DNA from: Macrostomum lignano
Taxonomy: Eukaryota
Reading direction: 5' to 3'
Assembly: GCA_002269645.1 (NCBI GenBank)
Contig: NIVC01002353.1
Coordinates: forward strand, 1-64,000
Length of the DNA: 64,000 bases
Shown piece after piece: positions 11,452 through 23,386 of this stretch (positions within the stretch are counted from its first letter, which is position 1; each line of letters starts with the position of its first letter). Below the pieces are notes generated by a model. The model was given only the letters and a program-made list of their open reading frames with translations. It did no database searches and was not told the DNA's origin. The translations under genes were made by a program, and so were the position numbers.

Positions 11452-12966
11452 GAGCCAGTCTGTCTGGCGCACTGCAGTCCGGCCTGGGCCTTCGCTCTCG
11501 CAAAGTGCGACTCCCCCGATCGAGTTCGGCACGCACGTCTTCGGCACGTCTGGGGTTTTCCGCCACGCCGCCAGGGCGTCGAGCAGCCCGCCGAGCTGCT
11601 GACGAGTCTGGCGCGCGGCCAGGGCGGCTCCCCTAGTGCTGATCGGCGGCCGCTTGTCCTACTGATCAGCGCCTCAGGCAGTCGAGGCATTTGTGCGGCC
11701 GCCCTGCTGTCCGATAATGCTTTTGAAGAAGCCGCTGAGCCGTCTGCGGACACCTCCGGCCGGCTCTGGTGCCGCTTCCGCCTGGCCGATGTACTGCCAG
11801 ACGTCGGGGTCTCCGACGACGCCGATTTGCCTCTGCTGGTGACGCCGTTCGGCGACGCGGTCGATACAGACGGTCGGCCGCTCGGCGAGTGCCGCAACCT
11901 GGCTGCGGTAAATGGCGTTTGCGGTTGCCGTCTGGTGCAGCGCCTGGCCGCCGACTTGGCCGACGCGCGGGCCGCCGCAGCGCCCGCACCGAGCCAGCTC
12001 GGCCGAATCGCTGGCGAGCGGAGCGGCGCCGAGCCTGACGAGCTGACGGTCGCCGCCCGGTTGGCGCGCCGGCTTGGCCGCAGTCACGGCCGCGTCCTGC
12101 TGGCCTGTCCGGCCGGCAGCCGACGCTACAATCTGCACAGCCCAGCCAGCGACCACGACCTGGCCGTGGTCTACCGGGCGCCGCTCCGCTCGCTGCTCGG
12201 CCTGCCGGGTCTCCGACCAGCCGACAGCCTGCAGTCAAGCGGCCCGGCGGACCCCATCGACTGCCGGGCCACCGAGCTGGGCAGGTTCCTTGAACTGCTG
12301 CTGGCGGGGGACCCCAAGGCTGTGGAGTGTCTGTTCCTGCGGCAGGAGGACCTGCACTTCGGCCTGCCTGCCGACCGGCTCCGTCTTGCCTGGCTGTTTG
12401 AGTCAAAGCGGCGTTTCCTGACGCCCCGCCTGCTGAGGGCCTACCGCAGCGAGCTGGAGGGCGCCAAAGGACTGCGCAAGCTGGACAGGCTGAGGGCGCA
12501 GTGGCTGGCCACGGCTAACGAGGGAGTGGCAGGCGCAGCCGTAGACGGTGTGACCCCAGGTTCGGTCGAGGAAGCAGCGGGCGGAGCGAAAGCGACCGCC
12601 CTGGGCGCGAGGCTGCGCAAGCTGTACTGCATTCTGCTCCGGCTGGCGGACTGCTGTGCGCACGCGGCCTCCGGTGAGCTGCCGGTCCGATTCGAGGCCG
12701 GGTCAGAGCGGCACCGCCTCCTCAGCTGGGTCCGGTTCGGGCCGCCTGCGGCGCTCAGCCAGGCGGACGAGCTGCGCATGCGGGACGCCCTGCGCGATCG
12801 GCTGGCGGCTGCGTCGTCTGCGGCTGCCGCTGCAGAGGCGTCGGTAGCACCGGAGACACTGGCGCGGCTGCAGGCGGAGGCCAACGACTGGCTGATTGAG
12901 CACCGGCTCGCCTGCCACGCTGATGGCGATGAGCGGCTGCTGGCCAGCGAGCTGGAGGGTGACTGA
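11452..12966 (+). CDS. Predicted nucleotidyltransferase, Pol-beta superfamily, RlaP/Nuc-transf (PF10127-like); terminal exon, upstream exon not identified
   Basis: Motifs LLACPAGSRRYNLHSPASDHDLAVVYRAP (GS..D.D), ELGRFLELLLAGDPKAVECLF and RKLYCILLRL..GELPV. The frame is open from 11428 to the stop at 12964-12966. A candidate acceptor ctttccag ends at 11451. No in-frame ATG precedes the domain, so the start must come from another exon. Confidence 0.8.
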   Translation, partial: EPVCLAHCSPAWAFALAKCDSPDRVRHARLRHVWGFPPRRQGVEQPAELLTSLARGQGGSPSADRRPLVLLISASGSRGICAAALLSDNAFEEAAEPSADTSGRLWCRFRLADVLPDVGVSDDADLPLLVTPFGDAVDTDGRPLGECRNLAAVNGVCGCRLVQRLAADLADARAAAAPAPSQLGRIAGERSGAEPDELTVAARLARRLGRSHGRVLLACPAGSRRYNLHSPASDHDLAVVYRAPLRSLLGLPGLRPADSLQSSGPADPIDCRATELGRFLELLLAGDPKAVECLFLRQEDLHFGLPADRLRLAWLFESKRRFLTPRLLRAYRSELEGAKGLRKLDRLRAQWLATANEGVAGAAVDGVTPGSVEEAAGGAKATALGARLRKLYCILLRLADCCAHAASGELPVRFEAGSERHRLLSWVRFGPPAALSQADELRMRDALRDRLAAASSAAAAAEASVAPETLARLQAEANDWLIEHRLACHADGDERLLASELEGD

Positions 12967-13031
12967 TGGCCTTTTTTGGGCACATAGCAATTCATTCCAT
13001 TCTGCTTTTTAATCATGTCTGTAGCGGCCAG

Positions 13032-13846
13032 GATTTGCCTCTTACCTGACAGACTCGTCTCTTACCTGACAGATTTGCCTCTTACCTGACAGATTCGCCT
13101 CTTGCCTGACAGATTCGCCTCTTACCTGACAGATTCGCCTCTTCCCTGACAGATTCGCCTCTTCCCTGACAGATTTGCCTCTTACCTGACAGATTCGCCT
13201 CTTACCTGACAGATTCGCCTCTTGCCTGACAGATTTGCCTCTTGCCTGACAGATTTGCCTCTTACCTGACAGATTCGCCTCTTCCCTGACAGATTCGCCT
13301 CTTGCCTGACAGATTTGCCTCTTACCTAACAGATTCGCCTCTTACCTGACAGATTCGCCTCTTGCCTGACAGATTCGCCTCTTACCTGACAGATTCGCCT
13401 CTTCCCTGACAGATTCGCCTCTTGCCTGACAGATTTGCCTCTTACCTGACAGATTCGCCTCTTCCCTGACAGATTCGCCTCTTGCCTGACAGATTTGCCT
13501 CTTACCTGACAGATTTGCCTCTTACCTGACAGATTCGCCTCTTACCTAACAGATTCGCCTCTTACCTAACAGATTCGCCTCTTACCTGACAGATTTGCCT
13601 CTTGCCTGACAGATTCGCCTCTTACCTGACAGATTTGCCTCTTACCTGACAGACTCGTCTCTTACCTGACAGATTTGCCTCTTACCTGACAGATTCGCAT
13701 CTTGCCTGACAGATTCGCCTCTTACCTGACAGATTCGCCTCTTACCTAACAGATTTGCCTCTTACCTGACAGATTCGCCTCTTACCTGACAGATTCGCCT
13801 CTTACCTGACAGATTTGCCTCTTACCTAACAGATTCGCCTCTTCCC
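13032..13846. repeat. 20-bp minisatellite (ctgacagattcgcctcttac)n
   Basis: Direct tandem repeat of about 40 units. Confidence 0.97.
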
Positions 13847-14625
13847 TTTAGTCCCAAACGTCCCTTAGTGCGCAGGTAACAACCTGTGCGGCCAGAGAGG
13901 ACGAGTCCATTCATCCCAAGCCGCAGCTGTTTGCTTGTTTGCCTGAATTGTCAGCTTAGGCTCGATAGTGGTTCGGGATTTACGGGGAGACTCCCTGGCG
14001 CTGTCGCCCATTCATTTCATTCCATGCGAGTTTTTACTAACCTGGCGACATTCGCCCAGCTTCTCTTAGCTGCCTCATCGCTGTTGCTAAGCGAAGTCGG
14101 GCTGGATATTTTGTATATTCCCGGGCACCACTTTGCTGCTAAATGCCAGCCCGCTTCGGCAATTTCGCCAAATCCTTGCACAGTTTTGGTCAATCAGCGT
14201 CTGCTTTGCCGCTGTTCCGACTTCCAGCTTCCAGTCAGTTTGTTGCACCTCCTCGCTTCTTTCGGCACCACCGCAGCGGCGCCGCCCCAACTTTGCCCAG
14301 ATATAAAAACTGCCCAGTTAAGTCCGGGGAGCCATCAGGTGCAGTCAGCGCCTCCCTGATTGACGCCGTCCTGTTTTGATCGTCTGCGCCGGTGCTACCG
14401 TGTGGCTTTCCTCAGTTATGCAGTCAGCAGACAGGCGCACTTTTGCACTGCCTGCCCTTCTTTGATTACCGATGCGATGCACTGTTTGCCTGCTAATGCG
14501 TATTGCTGAGCCATTCATCCAGATAGATTTACTGACGTCACTGCGCACTTCAGCCTCGTCTGTACTGGCTTTTTCATTTGGCTAACTGCCGTTTTTAAGG
14601 CCTGTGGGGTCACAGTGGCTTATTA

Positions 14626-16482
14626 CAGTGACACAGTAGCTTATCAGTGACACAGTAGCATCAGTGACACAGTAGCTTATCAGTGACACAGTAGCTTATC
14701 AGTGACAGTAGCTTATCAGTGACACAGTAGCTTATCAGTGACACAATAGCTTATCAGTGACACAGTAGCTTATAAGTGACACAGTAGCTTATCAGTGACA
14801 CAGCAGCTTATCAGTGACACAGTAGCATCAGTGACACAGCAGCTTATCAGTGACACAGCAGCTTATCAGTGACACAGTAGTTTATCAGTGACACAGCAGC
14901 TTATCAGTGACACAGCAGCTTATCAGTGACACAGCAGCTTATCAGTGACACAGTAGCTTATCAGTGACACAGTAGCTTATCAGTGACACAATAGCTTATC
15001 AGTGACACAGCAGCTTATCAGTGACACAGTAGCTTATCAGTGACACAGTAGCTTATCAGTGACACAATAGCTTATCAGTGACACAGCAGCTTATCAGTGA
15101 CACAGTAGCTTATCAGTGACACAGTAGCTTATCAGTGACACAGTAGCTTATCAGTGACACAATAGCTTATCAGTGACACAGCAGCATCAGTGACACAGCA
15201 GCATCAGTGACACAGCAGCATCAGTGACACAGCAGCTTATCAGTGACACAGTAGCTTATCAGTGACACAGTAGCTTATCAGTGACACAATAGCTTATCAG
15301 TGACACAGTAGCTTATCAGTGACACAGCAGCTTATCAGTGACACAGTAGCATCAGTGACACAATAGCTTATCAGTGACACAGCAGCTTATCAGTGACACA
15401 GTAGTTTATCAGTGACACAGCAGCTTATCAGTGACACAGCAGCTTATCAGTGACACAGCAGCTTATCAGTGACACAGCAGCTTATCAGTGACACAGTAGC
15501 TTATCAGTGACACAGTAGCTTATCAGTGACACAATAGCTTATCAGTGACACAGCAGCTTATCAGTGACACAGTAGCTTATCAGTGACACAGTAGCTTATA
15601 AGTGACACAGTAGCTTATCAGTGACACAGTAGCTTATCAGTGACACAGCAGCTTATCAGTGACACAGTAGCATCAGTGACACAGCAGCTTATCAGTGACA
15701 CAATAGCTTATCAATGACACAGTAGCTTATAAGTGACACAGTAGCTTATCAGTGACACAGCAGTTTATCAGTGACACAGTAGCTTATCAGTGACACAGCA
15801 GCATCAGTGACACAGTAGCTTATCAGTGACACAGCAGCTTATCAGTGACACAGTAGCTTATCAGTGACACAGCAGCTTATCAGTGACACAGCAGCTTATC
15901 AGTGACACAGCAGCTTATCCGTGACACAGCAGCTTATCAGTGACACAGTAGCTTATCAGTGACACAGTAGCTTATCAGTGACACAGTAGCTTATCAGTGA
16001 CACAGTAGCTTATCAGTGACACAATAGCTTATCAGTGACACAGCAGCTTATCAGTGACACAGTAGCTTATCAGTGACACAGTAGCTTATCAGTGACACAA
16101 TAGCTTATCAGTGACACAGTAGCTTATAAGTGACACAGTAGCTTATCAGTGACACAATAGCTTATCAGTGACACAGCAGCTTATCAGTGACACAGTAGCT
16201 TATCAGTGACACAGTAGCTTATCAGTGACACAGTAGCTTATCAGTGACACAGCAGCTTATCAGTGACACAGTAGCATCAGTGACACAGCAGCTTATCAGT
16301 GACACAGTAGCTTATCAGTGACACAGCAGCTTATCAGTGACACAGTAGCTTATCAGTGACACAGCAGCTTATCAGTGACACAGTAGCATCAGTGACACGG
16401 CAGCTTATCAGTGACAGCAGCATCAGTGACACAGCAGCATCAGTGACACAATGTCTTATCAGTAATACAGCAGCATCAGTGA
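14626..16482. repeat. 19-bp minisatellite (cagtgacacagtagcttat)n with 17-bp variants
   Basis: Direct tandem repeat that decays at the right end. Confidence 0.97.
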
Positions 16483-16550
16483 CCTGAGCCGGTACCTGCA
16501 AGGCCATCATTCCCACTTTCCGATTGATGCGCAGCCACCCACAGCCAGCA

Positions 16551-17582
16551 ATGACCTCAACAGCAGCAGAAGCCGGCCTGGAGCCCATGGACCCGACGCT
16601 GAGCAGCCTGGTGCACCAGAGCCAGAATATGAAGTGGATCTTTGTCGGAGGCAAAGGCGGCGTAGGCAAGACGTCCACCTCGTGCTCGTTGGCGGTGCAG
16701 CTGTCCCGCGTGCGGCCCTCCGTGCTGCTGCTGTCCACCGACCCCGCCCACAACATCTCTGACGCCTTCGACCAGAAGTTCTCCAAGACGCCCACCCTGG
16801 TGAAGGGCTTCAGCAACCTGTACGCCATGGAGGTCGACCCCTCCGTCGGGCTGTCCGGCCTGCCCGACGAGCTGGTGAATGACGACTCTGGCGCGCTGCG
16901 CAGCCTCGTGTCGGAGCTGATGTCCGCGCTGCCCGGCATCGACGAGTTCATGTCCTACTCGGAGGTGCTGCGCCTCGTCGAGGACATGGACTTTAGCGTT
17001 ATCGTGTTCGACACCGCACCCACCGGGCACACGCTCCGCCTGCTGTCCTTCCCGTCCACCATGGAGGCCTCCATGGGCAAGCTGGTCCGCTTCAAGAACC
17101 AGCTGGCGCCCCTGGTCGGCCAGCTGGGCTCCGTGCTCGGCCTCGGCAACATGCGGGCCGAGGAGCTCGGCCGCCAGCTGGAGGACCGCCTGCCGCTGGT
17201 GCGCCGCGTCAACGAGGAGTTTCGCAACCCGCAGCGGACCACCTTCGTGTGCGTCTGCATCGCCGAGTTCCTGTCGCTGTACGAGACGGAGCGGCTGGTG
17301 CAGGAGCTCACCAAGCTCGGCATCGACGCGCAGAACCTTGTGGTCAACCAGCTGCTGTTCCCCAGCCCCAGCAGGCCGCCCTGCGCCCTCTGCTCCTCCA
17401 GGCACAAAATCCAGCAGAAGTACGTGGCCCAGATGGAGGACCTGTACGAGGACTTCCACATCGTGAAGATGCCGCTGCTGGAGCGCGAGATCCGCGGGCT
17501 GGCCATGCTGGAGTACTTCTCCCAGTTCCTGCTGGCGCCCTACAGCCCCGAGACCGCGCCGCCGCTGCCCAAGCAGCTCTGA
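16551..17582 (+). CDS. ASNA1: ATPase ASNA1/GET3/TRC40 (tail-anchored protein targeting), single exon
   Basis: [16 protein letters not shown]-loop, [56 protein letters not shown] and C-terminal CxxC (CALC). The ATG at 16551 is preferred; an in-frame ATG also lies at 16527. Confidence 0.96.
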   Translation: MTSTAAEAGLEPMDPTLSSLVHQSQNMKWIFVGGKGGVGKTSTSCSLAVQLSRVRPSVLLLSTDPAHNISDAFDQKFSKTPTLVKGFSNLYAMEVDPSVGLSGLPDELVNDDSGALRSLVSELMSALPGIDEFMSYSEVLRLVEDMDFSVIVFDTAPTGHTLRLLSFPSTMEASMGKLVRFKNQLAPLVGQLGSVLGLGNMRAEELGRQLEDRLPLVRRVNEEFRNPQRTTFVCVCIAEFLSLYETERLVQELTKLGIDAQNLVVNQLLFPSPSRPPCALCSSRHKIQQKYVAQMEDLYEDFHIVKMPLLEREIRGLAMLEYFSQFLLAPYSPETAPPLPKQL

Positions 17583-17842
17583 GTGCTGAATTGCTGCCCG
17601 AGTTCACTGCTAGATGGCCTTTCATGGCCTCTGTTTTGGTAGTCTTCATTGTTTTCTTTAGTCTTGTTGTTTGTCTTCTTCCTACTCCTGTGGGATGCTC
17701 TGTCCCCTCCTCTACCTGTCCTCGAGCCCCGCTCTCCTCCATTGCACACCCGGCCGGAGCAGCTGGTGCGCGCCATCATTCAGTCCGGGCTGGCGTCTCG
17801 CGTAGCTGAAACGGCATTTCATTTCTGATCTGGTCTTCGCTT

Positions 17843-20706
17843 CAGCCTGTGACTTCCCCGCCACTGCATCCCCAGGTGGTTACTCAGGCCTGTGACTTCC
17901 CCGCCACAGTGCATCCCCAGGTGTTTACTCAGGCCTATGACTTCCCCGCCCCAGTGCATCCCCAGGGTTACTCAGGCCTGCGACTTCCCCGCCCCAGTGC
18001 ATCCCCAGGTGTTTACTCAGGCCTGTGACTTCCCCGCCACAGTGCATCCCCAGGTGTTTACTCAGGCCTATGACTTCCCCGCAACAGTGCATCCCCAGGT
18101 GTTTACTCAGGCCTGTGACTTCCCCGCCCCAGTGCATCCCCAGGTGTTTACTCAGGCCTGTGACTTCCCCGCCTCAGTGCATCCCCAGGTGTTTACTCAG
18201 GCCTGCGACTTCCCCGCCCCAGTGCATCCCCAGGTGTTTACTCAGGCCTGTGACTTCCCCGCCCCAGTGCATCCCCAGGTGGTTACTCAGGCCTGTGACT
18301 TCCCCGCTTCCAGTGCATCCCCAGGGTTACTCAGGCCTGCGACTTCCCCGCCCCAGTGCATCCCCAGGTGGTTACTCAGGCCTGTGACTTCCCCGCTTCC
18401 AGTGCATCCCCAGGTGTTTACTCAGGCCTGTGACTTCCCCGCCACTGCATCCCCAGGTGTTTACTCAGGCCTATGACTTCCCCGCCCCAGTGCATCCCCA
18501 GGTGTTTACTCAGGCCTGCGACTTCCCCGCCCCAGTGCATCCCCAGGTGTTTACTCAGGCCTGTGACTTCCCCGCCCCAGTGCATCCCCAGGGTTACTCA
18601 GGCCTGTGACTTCCCCGCCCCACTGCATCCCCAGGTGTTTACTCAGGCCTGTGACTTCCCCGCCCCAGTGCATCCCCAGGTGTTTACTCAGGCCTGTGAC
18701 TTCCCCGCCCCAGTGCATCCCCAGGGTTACTCAGGCCTGCGACTTCCCCGCCCCACTGCATCCCCAGGTGTTTACTCAGGCCTATGACTTCCCCGCCCCA
18801 GTGCATCCCCAGGTGTTTACTCAGGCCTGTGACTTCCCCGCCCCAGTGCATCCCCAGGTGTTTACTCAGGCCTGTGACTTCCCCGCAACAGTGCATCCCC
18901 AGGTGTTTACTCAGGCCTGTGACTTCCCCGCAACAGTGCATCCCCAGGTGTTTACTCAGGCCTGTGACTTCCCCACAACAGTGCATCCCCAGGTGTTTAC
19001 TCAGGCCTGTGACTTCCCCGCCCCAGTGCATCCCCAGGTGTTTACTCAGGCCTGTGACTTCCCCGCCTCAGTGCATCCCCAGGTGGTTACTCAGGCCTGT
19101 GACTTCCCCGCCCCAGTGCATCCCCAGGGTTACTCAGGCCTGCGACTTCCCCGCCCCAGTGCATCCCCAGGTGGTTACTCAGGCCTGTGACTTCCCCGCT
19201 TCCAGTGCATCCCCAGGGTTACTCAGGCCTGCGACTTCCCCGCCCCAGTGCATCCCCAGGTGGTTACTCAGGCCTGTGACTTCCCCGCCCCAGTGCATCC
19301 CCAGGGTTACTCAGGCCTGCGACTTCCCCGCCCCAGTGCATCCCCAGGTGTTTACTCAGGCCTGTGACTTCCCCGCCCCAGTGCATCCCCAGGTGTTTAC
19401 TCAGGCCTGTGACTTCCCCGCTTCCAGTGCATCCCCAGGTGGTTACTCGGGATCGCGACTTCCCCGCCCCAGTGCATCCCCAGGGTTACTCAGGCCTATG
19501 ACTTCCCCGCAACAGTGCATCCCCAGGTGTTTACTCAGGCCTGTGACTTCCCCGCCCCAGTGCATCCCCAGGTGTTTACTCAGGCCTGTGACTTCCCCGC
19601 CTCAGTGCATCCCCAGGTGGTTACTCAGGCCTGCGACTTTCCCGCCCCAGTGCATCCCCAGGTGGTTACTCAGGCCTGTGACTTCCCCGCTTCCAGTGCA
19701 TCCCCAGGGTTACTCAGGCCTGCGACTTCCCCGCCCCAGTGCATCCCCAGGTGTTTACTCAGGCCTGTGACTTCCCCGCAACAGTGCATCCCCAGGTGTT
19801 TACTCAGGCCTGTGACTTCCCCGCCCCAGTGCATCCCCAGGTGTTTACTCAGGCCTGTGACTTCCCCGCAACAGTGCATCCCCAGGTGTTTACTCAGGCC
19901 TGTGACTTCCCCGCCCCAGTGCATCCCCAGGTGTTTACTCAGGCCTGTGACTTCCCCGCCTCAGTGCATCCCCAGGTGGTTACTCAGGTCTGTGACTTCC
20001 CCGCCTCAGTGCATCCCCAGGTGGTTACTCAGGTCTGCGACTTTCCCGCCCCAGTGCATCCCCAGGTGGTTACTCAGGCCTGTGACTTCCCCGCCCCAGT
20101 GCATCCCCAGGGTTACTCAGGCCTGCGACTTCCCCGCCCCAGTGCATCCCCAGGTGTTTACTCAGGCCTGCGACTTCCCCGCCCCAGTGCATCCCCAGGT
20201 GTTTACTCAGGCCTGTGACTTCCCCGCCTCAGTGCATCCCCAGGTGGTTACTCAGGTCTGCGACTTTCCCGCCCCAGTGCATCCCCAGGTGGTTACTCAG
20301 GCCTGTGACTTCCCCGCCCCAGTGCATCCCCAGGGTTACTCAGGCCTGCGACTTCCCCGCCCCAGTGCATCCCCAGGTGTTTACTCAGGCCTGCGACTTC
20401 CCCGCCCCAGTGCATCCCCAGGTGTTTACTCAGGCCTGTGACTTCCCCGCCCCAGTGCATCCCCAGGTGGTTACTCAGGCCTGTGACTTCCCCGCCTCAG
20501 TGCATCCCCAGGTGGTTACTCAGGCCTGTGACTTCCCCGCCCCAGTGCATCCCCAGGTGGTTACTCAGGCCTGTGACTTCCCCGCCTCAGTGCATCCCCA
20601 GGTGTTTACTCAGGCCTGTGACTTCCCCGCCCCAGTGCATCCCCAGGGTTACTCAGGCCTGTGACTTCCCCGCGTCAGTGCATCCCCAGGTGGTTACTCA
20701 GGTCTG
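17843..20706. repeat. 45-bp minisatellite (tcaggcctgtgacttccccgccccagtgcatccccaggtgtttac)n
   Basis: About 2.9 kb direct tandem array with indel variants. It generates the spurious QACDFPAPVHPQVFT ORFs. Confidence 0.97.
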
Positions 20707-23386
20707 TGCGGCGCCAGCCAGCATTGAATCCAGACTGCATCATTCAGTATATTTGGTTTGTTGTATAACCGCTGCTTGCTTTGCACTGTTTGCATATTCC
20801 TGTTAGCTGCTACATCGATCAACTTGTCGGCGATGCAATCCACCTGTTCTTTACCTGGTGTTACTGCCGCGTTTTTGCTCTGTTTCATCTGGATCCAACT
20901 GCTAGTGAGAAGATCTTGTTTTTTGATATGCGAATTAAATTTTAACCAACACTAATTCCAATTCAAAATGAAAATCTCCACCGGTTTATTGTTTTGCCTC
21001 GTTTTGCCCCTCCATGTCGGTGGCTGTCCTGTTTGAGCTGCCGCAGTTTTCGTTTGTTTTTGTTCATCATTTGCGTGGTTTTTTGAGGCTTTTACTCTTA
21101 CTTACTAGCTGTGTCGGATCTTACTGTTAACCTAATCATCTATAACTGATGCGCTAACGATGGCAAGCAATATATAATTATCGGTCCATCTGTGCTTTGA
21201 GTTCATTTATTTTGCAAGCCAGCAAAGCGTTTTGGTTTCAGTTGGTAATGCTAGATTTCACTCTGAAAAGTTTCACTTTGGAGCTGGGCTGACGCCGTCA
21301 GCAGCCGCGCTCCCATCAGGCGCAAGTTGTGTTGCTGCCTGATGCTGGCCTCCGCCGCCTCTTCTTTTCTTGTATTTTCTTTGCTACTTGGTAGCTGCCG
21401 GCCTTCCAGTGTTGCCAGTGTTTCTTCTAGTCAGAACGTGTTCCGCTGTCATCCAGCCTCGCTGCCGCTGCCTCTGACGTGCGGCCGCGTGGGCGGCTGG
21501 CGTTTGATGGAGCGCTGAGTGCGACGAGGTTGAAAATTAGCGATTGCCAACGGCTGCCTCGAACCTTGCTGTCATCTTCACCAGCTTCCTGGCCGGTCCG
21601 TCAGCTCTTCGCGTTAATTAATCGTTCAGATGACCTCAAGAAGTCTCCAATGCGGAGGTGACGTCTCTTCAGTCAAGTTCAAGTAGATCAAGTTTTTGTA
21701 AACACGCGATTGCCAACGGCGCGTTTTCTGTGCCTCTGGTTTGTTTGCACTTGTGGAGTCTTCGGCTTTGCGAACTTCTGTCTGGCCCGACTTGCGCAAT
21801 AAAAATAATATCGAACTTTCTTTTACTTGCATGTATTTTTACGGACGCAAGACAGTCGCGCGCCCCAGGGTCTGCGCCGCGGCGAGACAGCCAGCCTCCC
21901 CATAGTGATGCATTGACCAGGTGGGGTGCAGCATCGACTTCTGCGCCTTTTCTGCCTCTGCCAGACATTGCAGACCGCTGCCTTAATGACGACAGCATGC
22001 CTTGGCAAGGCCAAGGTTCCTATTTCTACTCCCTTCGTACTTGTGTTTGCCAATATCTGACTCTGGCTTCGCCGCTATTGAAAGCTTTCAACAACAGGTG
22101 CCACTGCGAGCTTCTGTCGGTTGGTTTAACAATGCCAAACTCCTTGTCTTCTTGAGGTTTCAAAGCAGCTGTCAAACATTTCCGCCTTGTTCCATTTCGG
22201 AATTTTTTCGCATCAATCGGGAATGCCGGCACTCACGAGCGAAAACTGAAATATTACTACAGAATTACTTCAATACATAATGCTTTGCAACTGCCGGTAA
22301 CATTTGCGTTAAATTAATGCTTCATCAACGTTCTGATTCCTCTAAGAGCAGCCGGTTTGACCCAGGTTGGCGTCGCTTGCATTTGATTGCCCTGTATCAG
22401 TTTAATTTGGGTGACGCTCGAATTTAATGCTTGCTCGGCCCGCCTGCCTGACACACCGTCCATAGATTTTATCAATTCTTCAAAGCGACCTCGGGCAGTA
22501 AACCGTTCCATCCTCGGTCTATCGGCATTCAGCTTATTTAGATTCGCGTCTTGGTTCTCTCTACTACCGAACAGCGTCACTTCGGAAGCAGTGTTGTTAC
22601 ACTTTTCTATATTTTTATAATCCCTTTAAATGCTAAGCCTCGATGTGGCAGAAGCGGTTTTCATTGCTTCCGTTACCTACAGCTGTGACATTTTCATTCG
22701 GCTGCCGCTGTCGAAGCGCCCGGGTGAAAACAATCTGTGCCGCTGCAGTGTTGATTGTTGTATGGAATTATTTAGCACGCGACAGCTTGGAAATCGCGGC
22801 GTCGCCCTTCCACCCGTCCTCAGCTGCCCAGTCTTGCCGAAGCCTTTAGGGTGTCATTTATGCACCCCAAGGTAGCGCAGCCTGCGCATCGACTACCTGT
22901 CTGTCAGCCAGACTGCAAGTGGATCGAAGGCTCCGATTGCTTTTCTTATTGCTGTTTTATTTTCAGCAGCTGGAGAAAGCAGCGCAACAGCTTCTTGTGC
23001 AATTCCTTGCCTGCCTGCTACCTTCGGGATGTAGGGGAGAAAGAGAGACAGAGAAGGTTCGCTGCTGCCCTCACTTTTGCTACCAGAATCTTGTGTCTCT
23101 ATCCTCGTTCCGGAAAGGTATGCCACAGCTGCATGCACGGTTTTCAAGAAGCTTCATGCAGTTATTAGTTCGCAGAAGTACTGCGTTTGTGGAGGCTTGT
23201 GATTTTTGGACTATTTTTTGGATTGATTGGAAGGAAGGCCTAAGAAGGATTAAGAAAGTCGACTAATACGAGTACATTCTTTAAACTCAGTGAGGGGGCC
23301 CTTGACTCACCGCTCCGGCAGGTGAATTTCTGCGTGCGTTCATCTGTGAGATTAATCTCCAACCCGCCTCCCGCAGCGCAGTCCAC

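Noticed and set aside
13955-14000. Possible tRNA/SINE A-box (ggctcgatagtggtt)
   Set aside because: No convincing B-box or cloverleaf; no tRNA or rRNA gene found in the window.
16334-17809. Long antisense and alternative-frame ORFs over ASNA1, also over the NTase, MGRN1, SDF2 and kinase exons
   Set aside because: Expected shadows of GC3-rich coding sequence, with no domain motifs.
13032-20706. CRISPR-like appearance of the long regular arrays
   Set aside because: Units are directly adjacent with no unique spacers, no cas genes are present and the context is eukaryotic; they are minisatellites.
17892-20806. Long repetitive ORFs (QACDFPAPVHPQVFT, TSPPQCIPRCLLRP)
   Set aside because: These are by-products of a stop-free 45-bp unit in several frames with frequent indels; there is no unique flanking coding sequence.
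21626-23266. Several 65-165 aa ORFs upstream of MGRN1
   Set aside because: No motif, no consistent splice chain and no GC3 bias like the real genes.
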